From: a virus
Taxonomy: Duplodnaviria; Caudoviricetes
Strand: one strand, 5' to 3'
Virus record (IMG/VR): IMGVR_UViG_3300025150_000002
Coordinates: 32,001-96,000 of that record
Length of the DNA: 64,000 nucleotides
The notes beneath the pieces were generated by a model. The model did no database searches. It was not told the origin of the DNA and saw nothing but the letters and a program-made list of their open reading frames with translations. This document shows, piece after piece, positions 55,167 to 63,102 of this stretch; the first letter of the stretch is position 1, and the number at the start of each line of letters is the position of its first letter. The position numbers were made by a program, and so were the translations under genes.

Positions 55167-55690
55167 TAGATTGTCTCCCGGCTATTCACAAGCACAGTAA
55201 ATTGACCTCTAGGACCGAGGCTGAGATAGTCGGCTCCGTCGTTAGACCCGCCGCTGAGGTTAGTGAGCGCCTGAAGTCCAACAGACGATAACCCGTCGCC
55301 GCCGGCCTCAATCGTTACTAGCGCAGCAACAGTTGATGAGACGGCCGCAACAAAATCGGCGGCCGTCGGAGCGATAGATTCACCCGCGCTATCCGTGCCG
55401 AAGATGATGGTAATGGCCGATCCAACTACCGACGCGTTCAGCTCCCGATCTTCGTTTCCAAGGCCGGTGGCGCCGACGAGGTGCTCAACAGTGATGGTGT
55501 TGCCCCACTCGCCACCGCGTGCAGTGTAGGTAACGTCTCCGTTTCCGTCCGATCCAGCCACGACTAGGGAGGCTGAGCTGCCGCCCGTGATGGCATCCGC
55601 CCTCACTGGACCGCGTGTGGTCTTGACCAACTGATCATCTGGGAGCGGACCATGAACATCACGTCCGCAGTTTGTATAGATGTACTGCAT
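55166..55690 (-). CDS. virion protein with a sheath-insertion-domain-like motif
   Basis: TYTARGGEWGNTITV...LSGGSN resembles the sheath FTANGQGVWGNDLKI. Confidence 0.55.
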   Translation of the reverse strand: MQYIYTNCGRDVHGPLPDDQLVKTTRGPVRADAITGGSSASLVVAGSDGNGDVTYTARGGEWGNTITVEHLVGATGLGNEDRELNASVVGSAITIIFGTDSAGESIAPTAADFVAAVSSTVAALVTIEAGGDGLSSVGLQALTNLSGGSNDGADYLSLGPRGQFTVLVNSRETI

Positions 55691-55705
55691 GTTGACCTAT
55701 CTTGG

Positions 55706-56041
55706 TTAGGCGATTCGGTTAACCCAGCCGACGACGTTCACGCCGGCGGCGTCTGCGAAGGCTGTGACAACCAAACTGTTTGAAAGCACAAGCCCGGGTG
55801 AGACAAGCACAAGCCCGGTGTTCTGGTCGATCTGGACTACGATCAGATTCCCTGATGCAGCGCCGCCGTACTCGATGGTCAGGGTCCTCTGAGCACCGGA
55901 CGTGTTCACAGCGTAAATCCAAACCTCGTCCTTGCTCGTAGCGTGGGCGGTATGCACCGTATCACCAAGGGTCGCGGTTTGAGTTATCGCAATAGGCTGA
56001 CCGTTAGTCGACCCACTTAGAAATTCCTTCGTGATTGCCAT
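55706..56041 (-). CDS. small virion-type protein
   Basis: LSGSTNG...DEVWIYAVN...LTIEYGG. Confidence 0.7.
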   Translation of the reverse strand: MAITKEFLSGSTNGQPIAITQTATLGDTVHTAHATSKDEVWIYAVNTSGAQRTLTIEYGGAASGNLIVVQIDQNTGLVLVSPGLVLSNSLVVTAFADAAGVNVVGWVNRIA

Positions 56042-56049
56042 TATCGCTC

Positions 56050-56937
56050 CTAGGAGAAGACTTGCGCTATCAGAGCTACTTGTCCTAGTAGCTCATTGAT
56101 AGCCGCAACTACCTCTGTAGATGTGGTATCCAGCCCCACACTCAGGTCGAGCGAGCTCTGGGCTCCGGTGACCGCATCCCCTGAAGTCATCGAGATGTCA
56201 CTGCCGCCGGTGGAATTTGCGACCCCAAGCGTCGCTGCTAGCCCGGTGGATGCAATAGTTACATCGGTGGCGGTCGGTGTAAGGCCTATGCCAGCCCCCG
56301 CAGTCAGACCTCTGAACGGCAAATCAGCGCCGGACTTAGCCAGAGGTAGGGCGACGGTCCCGCCAGCACTACTAGACGTGTTGGCCTCTGCAGTCGTTGC
56401 GATCGTGACATCTGTCGCTGTTGGGGTGAGCGTAACCGCAGTACCTGCAGTCAGACCTCTGAACGGCAGATCAGCGCCGGACTTAGCCAGAGGTAGCGCC
56501 ACCGTTCCACCCGCGCTGCTGCTGGTGTTGGCCTCTGCAGTCGTTGCGATCGTGACATCTGTCGCTGTTGGGGTGAGCGTAACCGCAGTACCTGCAGTCA
56601 GACCTCTGAACGGCAAGTCGAACACCACCTTGGCCAAGGCAAGACCGACATCGCCGCCTGCGTTACTAGAGGTGTTGGGCTCCGCTGTTCCTGCCGGCCC
56701 AGTCGGACCCGTCGGGCCCTGCTGTCCAGTAACAAGGGCGAACCCTTGCAGCGTTTGGCCTCCGCCCATAACCTCGACAATCCGCCCATCCGCGAGCAGC
56801 TGGCGAACCGAGAAGTTGTTCTCCCTAGCCTGAAACGTCGCACCAGGCTGGTAGCTGATGGCGCTTCCGTCGAGCGGTTCCTCGATCACTATGGGTGTCG
56901 GGGACGTTACGAAATAGGTCTTGATTGTCCAGGCCAT
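56050..56937 (-). CDS. fibre/decoration protein with collagen stub and 3 x 49-aa repeats
   Basis: GQQGPTGPTGPAG; LPFRGLTAG repeats. Confidence 0.75.
   Translation of the reverse strand: MAWTIKTYFVTSPTPIVIEEPLDGSAISYQPGATFQARENNFSVRQLLADGRIVEVMGGGQTLQGFALVTGQQGPTGPTGPAGTAEPNTSSNAGGDVGLALAKVVFDLPFRGLTAGTAVTLTPTATDVTIATTAEANTSSSAGGTVALPLAKSGADLPFRGLTAGTAVTLTPTATDVTIATTAEANTSSSAGGTVALPLAKSGADLPFRGLTAGAGIGLTPTATDVTIASTGLAATLGVANSTGGSDISMTSGDAVTGAQSSLDLSVGLDTTSTEVVAAINELLGQVALIAQVFS
56245..56685. repeat. 147-bp tandem repeat x3
   Basis: cagtcagacctctgaacggca recurs at 147-bp spacing. Confidence 0.92.
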
Positions 56938-57009
56938 AGGGTGCCCTCGACGTGATCTAACGCCTGGGCATCAGTATACACTGATGATGCGCCTGCATCT
57001 AAGAACCGA

Positions 57010-57366
57010 TTACGCCTTGTCGGGAATTACTGGAAACAGCTCGGACGAGAAGGTCTTCTCGACAGCAGACCGGCACAGCAACCCGTCGCAGAATCCGCGC
57101 TTGAGCACATCACTGGTGTTGGCCTTGACCCAGTTGATGATAGCGTCGCAACGGGGGTCCTGCGCGTCCCAAGCTAGCAGGAACCCTTCTTCGTAGCCCT
57201 CGGTGAGCTGCTCGCGGAGATCCTCTGTCGCAACCCCGTGGTGGATAGCTAGGGCGTCGATCGCGCACCCTCCACGACTGTCAGTCGTTGTCCAGGCGCA
57301 GCGAATGGGGATCAGGTTGGTCGCAGCATAAGCCTTGACGACGTCGTCGGGTAGGACACGGATCAT
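57010..57366 (-). CDS. hypothetical protein
   Basis: AGGAGG RBS before ATG 57366. Confidence 0.7.
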   Translation of the reverse strand: MIRVLPDDVVKAYAATNLIPIRCAWTTTDSRGGCAIDALAIHHGVATEDLREQLTEGYEEGFLLAWDAQDPRCDAIINWVKANTSDVLKRGFCDGLLCRSAVEKTFSSELFPVIPDKA

Positions 57367-57428
57367 CGGGCACCTCCTGCCATCAGTCAATCTACCAATG
57401 GTGGACCCTTTGTTAGTGCCTGTGTGCC

Positions 57429-57911
57429 CTAAGATTGCCGCTTTTTGTTCTCCGCGTCCTCCGCGTCCTCCGCGTCCTCTACGGCCTCGACGATGTCATC
57501 GAGCACGGTCCGCAACTCGTAGTTGGATGGATCGAGCAATACATCAACGCCCGAAACCGAAACGTCCTCAATCGTGGCTCCTACACCTCTGAGGACACCC
57601 GGCCGTTGTATCCCACCCTCAAGCATCGCTCTCAGATACTTACCTGCCTCGGTGTCCAGAACCTCGATGTCAACCAGAAGTGATCTCCCTTTGACACGAG
57701 CTGTTGGAAGAACGACGTGAGAGGCATCGTTGATGCGGGTTCGACCGTCTATGGGCGGGTCTATCTGGCCGAGCATCTGACGGCCCTGAGCCCTATCGTT
57801 GATCTTGGTCGCAAGCTTTTCCAGCAAGTTACGAGAGACGCGCTGACCCAGTCCCGGCTCCTCATTCAAGGTGCTCGGAACGACGACAACGCACTTGAAC
57901 GAGTCAGCCAT
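57429..57911 (-). CDS. T4 gp21-type prohead protease homolog lacking catalytic His and Ser
   Basis: LLEK...LGQIDPP (cf. LGELNHP), VLDTEAGK, GVLRGVG (cf. GVSSRGLG), GVDVLLDPS (cf. GVDAVWGPS). Confidence 0.7.
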   Translation of the reverse strand: MADSFKCVVVVPSTLNEEPGLGQRVSRNLLEKLATKINDRAQGRQMLGQIDPPIDGRTRINDASHVVLPTARVKGRSLLVDIEVLDTEAGKYLRAMLEGGIQRPGVLRGVGATIEDVSVSGVDVLLDPSNYELRTVLDDIVEAVEDAEDAEDAENKKRQS

Positions 57912-57992
57912 GCGGTAGTTATACCGAATTACGGACAGTCGATGCATTCGATCGCCGATTCGTTACGAGCAGAAAGTGGGTAGAAGAACACC

Positions 57993-58448
57993 ATGAACAA
58001 GCGAACGCACCGAGACAAGAAACACCCCAATATGCAGGATCTCATGCTCGACCTGATCGAGCAGAGCTCCTTCAACGCCTTCGACGGGCACCAGGTCCAT
58101 GACGACCTGCGCGAGGCCTTCGCGCTCTGGGACGCAGCCTCGCTGATCCCTGACAGCGCTGGGTTGTTCATCCGCGACCTTCCGGATGGGAGCTTCCACT
58201 GCGACACGCTCTACATTCTGACCACCAAGGACCGGTGGAAGAGGTTGCGGCCCATCGTCGAGAACTGGCGGGCCGACAGCATCACGAAGATCACCAGCAA
58301 GGGGACCAAGGTCGCCAATCGATGGAACTCCGACGATAGCGAAACCTACTCGTACAAGAAGTACGAGAGTCAGAATGTGGGCTCCTTTCTGGGCTCCTTC
58401 CAGGGTAAGGAGGACGACCGCGTTGTTCTCTGCCTTTGGTGGGACTAA
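57993..58448 (+). CDS. hypothetical protein
   Basis: 151-aa ORF; GGTAGAAG-N6-ATG leader. Confidence 0.75.
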   Translation: MNKRTHRDKKHPNMQDLMLDLIEQSSFNAFDGHQVHDDLREAFALWDAASLIPDSAGLFIRDLPDGSFHCDTLYILTTKDRWKRLRPIVENWRADSITKITSKGTKVANRWNSDDSETYSYKKYESQNVGSFLGSFQGKEDDRVVLCLWWD

Positions 58449-58588
58449 TGGCCGCCAAGCGCCGAACCCGCAAACGGGTTCCGAAAGGTGATTACACACT
58501 GCGTTACTGCCGCGTGTGCTTCGGTTTTCCGATGAAGATCATCGACGGGACAAGCGGCCTTGCACCTTGGGCAGTAGAACGGTGTCAT
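58445..58588 (-). CDS. tiny CxxC protein
   Basis: MTPFYCPRCKAAC..., ATG overlaps the upstream TAA. Confidence 0.4.
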   Translation of the reverse strand: MTPFYCPRCKAACPVDDLHRKTEAHAAVTQCVITFRNPFAGSALGGH

Positions 58589-59766
58589 TAGACGGAACCT
58601 CTTCTTGTCCTGTTTATACCGCGACGCTTGATCTCTCCATGGACCACATCGCGGCTCAGTCCGGTCTTCTGCGCAACCGTGGTGATGGAGTCGCCTGCGG
58701 CGTAGAGATTTGCGGCCCGATCGCGGTCCTCCTGAGGAACCCGGGCCCGGTTCGACTGAGCCTTGGTGGTAACGCGGCCCGTCGACTTCAAGAAGCTGCT
58801 TACGGTGCTGGAACCCCTCTGGATAACCTCGGCAATATTGGCGTAGGACATGCCCTCGTCGAACAGGTTCATCGCCTGGAGTCGCTCCTTGTTCGACATC
58901 CTGGAAGGAGATCCAGCAAACTTGACGCGAGCCGGCTGGTTGCAAATCTCTACATCAAGGATGCCTCTCTTCTTGAGATCGGCCTCCTCCCAAACCTCGA
59001 ACGGGAGCTCCGGGTGGTCCTGCCTGAAGAGGTTCATGCGGCGCTCACATGCCTCGGACAGCCAGCCCTTGACCTCGATGATCTGGGCTACCGACCCATC
59101 AGTTGCGTAGACCCAGAAATCCGGCGTGTAGCGACGGCGCTTACCGTCATCGTCTACTACATAGCTCTTGAGCTCGTAGTCCCAGAGTGCTCCCCGGTCG
59201 TCCAACCACTGAGCGGTGCAGACCTCCCACAAGCTACGCATAAGGTGCTCACGACCCCTGGCGTCGGACCACCTGAGCCCTACGGACTCCAGATGATTGC
59301 GCCGTTGAACCCCAGCGTCGTCGAGCGCCTTATTGATCGCGTCTCGGGAGCACTTGAACTTGATGGCCAGGAAACTAGAGGAGAACCCGTTGGTGTAATG
59401 TTCGACGATGGTCTGCTTGTCGCCCTCATCAGAGATCCGTGGCGGGGCTCCGGAGGGGCGGAAATCGTCGTAGCCGGTCTTGAGCAACCTTCGCCTTATG
59501 GTCGATGCGTCGGTGTCGAACTTCTCAGCAATCTCAGATAGCGTTTGGCCGCCAGTGTAGAGATTGGCGCACTGGTCTACATCAACGGCTGTCAAGGCTC
59601 TACGCCGCTTAGTTCGGCGTCGTGAAACCCCCACCTCATCAATGATCCTGTAAGCCGTCTGGTGGGAACAACCAACTAATCTGGCGATTTCGTTGGGACT
59701 TTTACCCTCCTTGGCCAACTCAATGATTTGTAAGCGCTCTTGATTGGATAGGCGACGTCCAGACAT
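58588..59766 (-). CDS. HTH + PD-(D/E)xK (TnsA-N-like) free-standing endonuclease, paralog of 46033
   Basis: MRSLWE...WLDD...WDYE...YTPDFW...IEVKG; HTH repeats on both sides. Confidence 0.8.
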   Translation of the reverse strand: MSGRRLSNQERLQIIELAKEGKSPNEIARLVGCSHQTAYRIIDEVGVSRRRTKRRRALTAVDVDQCANLYTGGQTLSEIAEKFDTDASTIRRRLLKTGYDDFRPSGAPPRISDEGDKQTIVEHYTNGFSSSFLAIKFKCSRDAINKALDDAGVQRRNHLESVGLRWSDARGREHLMRSLWEVCTAQWLDDRGALWDYELKSYVVDDDGKRRRYTPDFWVYATDGSVAQIIEVKGWLSEACERRMNLFRQDHPELPFEVWEEADLKKRGILDVEICNQPARVKFAGSPSRMSNKERLQAMNLFDEGMSYANIAEVIQRGSSTVSSFLKSTGRVTTKAQSNRARVPQEDRDRAANLYAAGDSITTVAQKTGLSRDVVHGEIKRRGINRTRRGSV

Positions 59767-59771
59767 GCAGA

Positions 59772-59825
59772 AACTCCTGGTGGATCACCACCAGGAGTTC
59801 TACTTCGCCGAGTTGTGGTTGTCAA
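59772..59825 (-). promoter_or_regulatory. sigma70-type promoter plus RBS-sequestering hairpin for the 58588 endonuclease
   Basis: TTGACA-17 bp-TAGAAC; perfect 12-bp stem AACTCCTGGTGG-tgat-CCACCAGGAGTT whose 3' arm holds the AGGAG RBS. Confidence 0.75.
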
Positions 59826-59865
59826 GATCGCCGACTACAGTCGGCGTCGACCCAACACCTTGATG

Positions 59866-62796
59866 CTAGATGATAGCACTAGTGCTAGCAGTTCCAGCAG
59901 GTTGCGTCAAGTTAAATATGACAAATTCAGCTGGCTTGTTCGGCGAGAAGCCGATGTCGATGATCACCTTGCCCTGATCCATCGTCACCTGGCTGTTGTT
60001 GTTGCCGTTGCACTTGACGAAGAAGGCCTCCTCCTGGGTGTTACCGGAGAAGTACCCCAGACGAAAGAGCGAGCTGTAGTAGCCCCGGAGAGCTGTCTCG
60101 ATCTTCTGCCAGAGCTGCGGCCCGTTGTTCTCGAAAACCGTCCACTGCAGCTGCAGCTTGGTGGTGTACATCAGGAAGATGTGGAGTTGACGAGCGTTGA
60201 CGTAGCGCCAACGAGCCTCCTTCGAGAGGGACCGCGCTCCGTTGACGATGAACCCGGTAGCAACACCCGTTGGGAGAGGGTTGATTCGCGACTGGTAGAG
60301 GTTGTCCTGATCCAAGCGGGAGAGCTTGATCTCCGGTCCGACCGTTCCAGGCGCGTCCAGTGCCCCATCGACGATCCCCGCAGGGCTCTTTCCTACGTTC
60401 TTGTTCCGAGCGGTCTTCGCATAGACGCCAGCGGCGAAGGGCGACGCCGGGATAAGCTCAGGTAGCTCGGTCGAGTCGTTCAGGAAGTAGACGTTCGGGT
60501 AGTAGATGGCCGCGTTCTTGGTGTTGAACGCCTGAGTCACCAGCACGTACTGGATCGCCTCTGGCACCGTCGTTCCGTTCGCTAGCGCAAAGATCCCGAA
60601 CCGATCCTGGCGCGCATCGCAGAAGTCAACGATGTCCGCCTGGACGAAGGCCGAACCCTCGAAGTCTGGGACGACGACGTTGACCGGCTCCTCGATCAGG
60701 TCCAGAGCGTAGATGCCCTGCTTGGACCCCTCAAGGGTTGGGTTCGAGACATCGTTGCGCGTGATGACGGTGCCGTCCGTTCCGCCCGTCATCTGGTACT
60801 GAACCGCCGAGGACAGCTTCGTGTAGGCCGCCGTGATTGGCGTCGAAGCGGGCGGAGGAACAGCCCAAGTGAAGTCCAACGCTCCGGTGTTGTAGTCGAT
60901 CGTGTTCTCACCGGCGGCATCCACGTCCCCCACAATCACACCCAGCCCGTTGTCCTGGGCGTATTGACCGGTGTTGTAGAGCACATCGATCGTAGAACCT
61001 GTGAGAGGGGCGGATGTCGTGGTGAGTGAAACAGCACCGGTATCGGCGTTGATCACCGACGCTGTCGTCACGTCACCAAGCAGGTTGCCGGTCGTGTTGG
61101 CCCACACGTTGCCGAGGGCGATGTAGTCGACGTAGAAGAACGTACCGGCGATCGGGGCTACTAGTGTAGTCACCTCGATCGGTCCGGATCCAACAGACGA
61201 GGCTGTCTGACTATCGACCAGGTCGATAGTGTTGATGCCGCCACCATCAATCGAGCCGAGTAGCGGGACATCAACTTCCAGGTTGTTGAAATAGACCAGG
61301 TCGATGGTCGCCGTACCGCCGGTAGTCACAATCGCGCCGGGCGCGAAAGACCCACCCGCGATGTTACCGACACGGGCCACGCCCGAGGAAAAGGACAGGA
61401 CGTCACCTGTGACAGCACCCTGCGTGAACGTGTCACCGGGGGCGATGGCCCCTACGATAGCGCTGAGCTCCATCGTAGCGACGTTATCCTTGGTGATGAC
61501 GCTGGATACGTCGTGGTTGGCGACTACAGTCGACAGGGCTACAAGCTCGGCGGTGGTGCCGGTTAGAGCCCCAGTGTCGTAATTGACTGTACCGCCGAGA
61601 GGTAGTGCACCACCGGATCCGGTTAGGTTGCCGGCACCGTCGTCGGTGATGGTTGCCAGACCAATGCCATTCACGTTGACAGAGATCGCCAGCGTACCGG
61701 GGTGAACCGGTACGGATGCCAGAGGTGTTCCAGCCAGGCTGTAGGTCGCCGCAGTGCCACCGATGGTGGTTAGTGTCTGCGGCGCGGCCGCAGCACCAGC
61801 GTACTTCAGACGGAAGACCGTAACCTCCCGGTGAACCGGATTGTCTACGACGCCCGCATTGAAGGTGAACTCCTTGTTCGCACCGTCGATCAGTCCAGCA
61901 CTGGCTGGCAGGACCTCGTTCGCCACCGAAGACCGCTGGTAGAAGATCCGAGTGGACCCCTCCACCACAGGCAGATTGGTGAGCTGAAGCTCGAAGGCAG
62001 TGTTGGTGCTGTTGATTGTTCCTGAGGTCGGAGTGGTCGGCACGTGCTTGGTGGTACCGGACACAGCCGTGAGCTTCAGGGTGTTCGAGAGCACCGGCAC
62101 GTTGGCCAGCGATGCGATGAACCGCTGGGCTAGTGGTGCGCCACCACCAGTGCCGATCGACTCTGACAGTACGGTAACTGGAAGCATCGCCGTCGGCGTA
62201 CCGCCGACACCGATGGTCGTGGTCACCAGGAGACTTGGCCGACGGGGATCCTGAATCACGTTCAGGAGGTAGTCGGAGGCCGACGGGTCGTCGAACTGGA
62301 CCGCCTCGTAGGTCTCAACCGCATCGTCGAATGCCGGGTTGAAGTCCGCCGGGGCCAGGATCTGAAGGTCGTACTTCTCCCACGAGTTCGTGGTGTAGTC
62401 GAGGAAGTTCCGGTTACCCGAGACTCGGATCTTGAGGTCGTTACCCCACACACCCTGTCCGTTGGCTGTGAAGGTCCACTTCTCAGGACCAGGCGTCGCG
62501 TCGATGCTGACCGATGCGAAGGTCGAATCAGCCGGTGCAATGCGGTTGATCCAGGCCCTCTCTCCGCCAGTTCCGAAGAACGCCCGGATGGCCTGGGGAA
62601 CCACACCGCGCGTGTTGACCGGACCGAACACGCGAGTGAAGTCCTCAACAGACCTCACCTCGATAGGGTAGTTGGTCGGACCCTTCTGGGTCCAACCTAC
62701 GACGCCCATCTTTGCGGGCGAGAACTGATCGGGTGCGCGGGCCGGCGCCTTCTCCTGCCCGTAGACACCTGCTGACCGGTATTCAACGATCGGCAT
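59866..62796 (-). CDS. tail sheath protein
   Basis: YRSAGVYGQE, VGWTQKGP, FFGTGG..AWI, C-terminal AAIYYP...SPFAAG..A...RINP...GAR.L...WRYVN.R...FE.N...IGFSP.KPAEF. Confidence 0.95.
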   Translation of the reverse strand: MPIVEYRSAGVYGQEKAPARAPDQFSPAKMGVVGWTQKGPTNYPIEVRSVEDFTRVFGPVNTRGVVPQAIRAFFGTGGERAWINRIAPADSTFASVSIDATPGPEKWTFTANGQGVWGNDLKIRVSGNRNFLDYTTNSWEKYDLQILAPADFNPAFDDAVETYEAVQFDDPSASDYLLNVIQDPRRPSLLVTTTIGVGGTPTAMLPVTVLSESIGTGGGAPLAQRFIASLANVPVLSNTLKLTAVSGTTKHVPTTPTSGTINSTNTAFELQLTNLPVVEGSTRIFYQRSSVANEVLPASAGLIDGANKEFTFNAGVVDNPVHREVTVFRLKYAGAAAAPQTLTTIGGTAATYSLAGTPLASVPVHPGTLAISVNVNGIGLATITDDGAGNLTGSGGALPLGGTVNYDTGALTGTTAELVALSTVVANHDVSSVITKDNVATMELSAIVGAIAPGDTFTQGAVTGDVLSFSSGVARVGNIAGGSFAPGAIVTTGGTATIDLVYFNNLEVDVPLLGSIDGGGINTIDLVDSQTASSVGSGPIEVTTLVAPIAGTFFYVDYIALGNVWANTTGNLLGDVTTASVINADTGAVSLTTTSAPLTGSTIDVLYNTGQYAQDNGLGVIVGDVDAAGENTIDYNTGALDFTWAVPPPASTPITAAYTKLSSAVQYQMTGGTDGTVITRNDVSNPTLEGSKQGIYALDLIEEPVNVVVPDFEGSAFVQADIVDFCDARQDRFGIFALANGTTVPEAIQYVLVTQAFNTKNAAIYYPNVYFLNDSTELPELIPASPFAAGVYAKTARNKNVGKSPAGIVDGALDAPGTVGPEIKLSRLDQDNLYQSRINPLPTGVATGFIVNGARSLSKEARWRYVNARQLHIFLMYTTKLQLQWTVFENNGPQLWQKIETALRGYYSSLFRLGYFSGNTQEEAFFVKCNGNNNSQVTMDQGKVIIDIGFSPNKPAEFVIFNLTQPAGTASTSAII

Positions 62797-62799
62797 TGG

Positions 62800-63102
62800 T
62801 TACTCCTCGCCCTTCGGCTTCTTGGTGGACTTCTTCTTGGCAGCCTCGGCCGCCTGGAGCGGAGTCATCGCCGGCACCGCCGGGATGGCCTTCAACATCG
62901 ATTTGTCGTCGATGGCGAAGTTCGGCACCTCGCGAGGGGTGACCATCCGGATCATGTTCTGTCTTACAAGGCGTGCGACCGACGCGTTGGTCGGATGCGC
63001 CTTGAACATGAACCCGGCTGGATAGCTCACGACGTTCCCGTTCGGGAACTCAACCGTGACAGCCGCTCGTGAGACCACTTGGTAAGTTTGATCGCGCTTC
63101 AT
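62800..63102 (-). CDS. small protein consisting of the N-terminal module shared with the 51351 and 56050 fibres
   Basis: TYQVVSRAAVTVE...VSYPAG..F.A...N.SVARL. Confidence 0.7.
   Translation of the reverse strand: MKRDQTYQVVSRAAVTVEFPNGNVVSYPAGFMFKAHPTNASVARLVRQNMIRMVTPREVPNFAIDDKSMLKAIPAVPAMTPLQAAEAAKKKSTKKPKGEE

Noticed and set aside
56245-56685. 147-bp repeats as a CRISPR array or DGR template/variable pair
   Set aside because: They are in-frame coding repeats without unique spacers, and no reverse transcriptase or cas gene is in the window.
56982-57010. Hammerhead ribozyme (CTGATGA present)
   Set aside because: No stem II followed by GAAA; the sequence is better explained as the inverted repeat over a -10 box.
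7674-59541. Long opposite-strand or alternate-frame ORFs (for example 7674-8837, 23484-24524, 25809-27293, 58516-59541)
   Set aside because: They are shadows of well-supported genes in GC-rich DNA and show no recognisable motifs or RBS.
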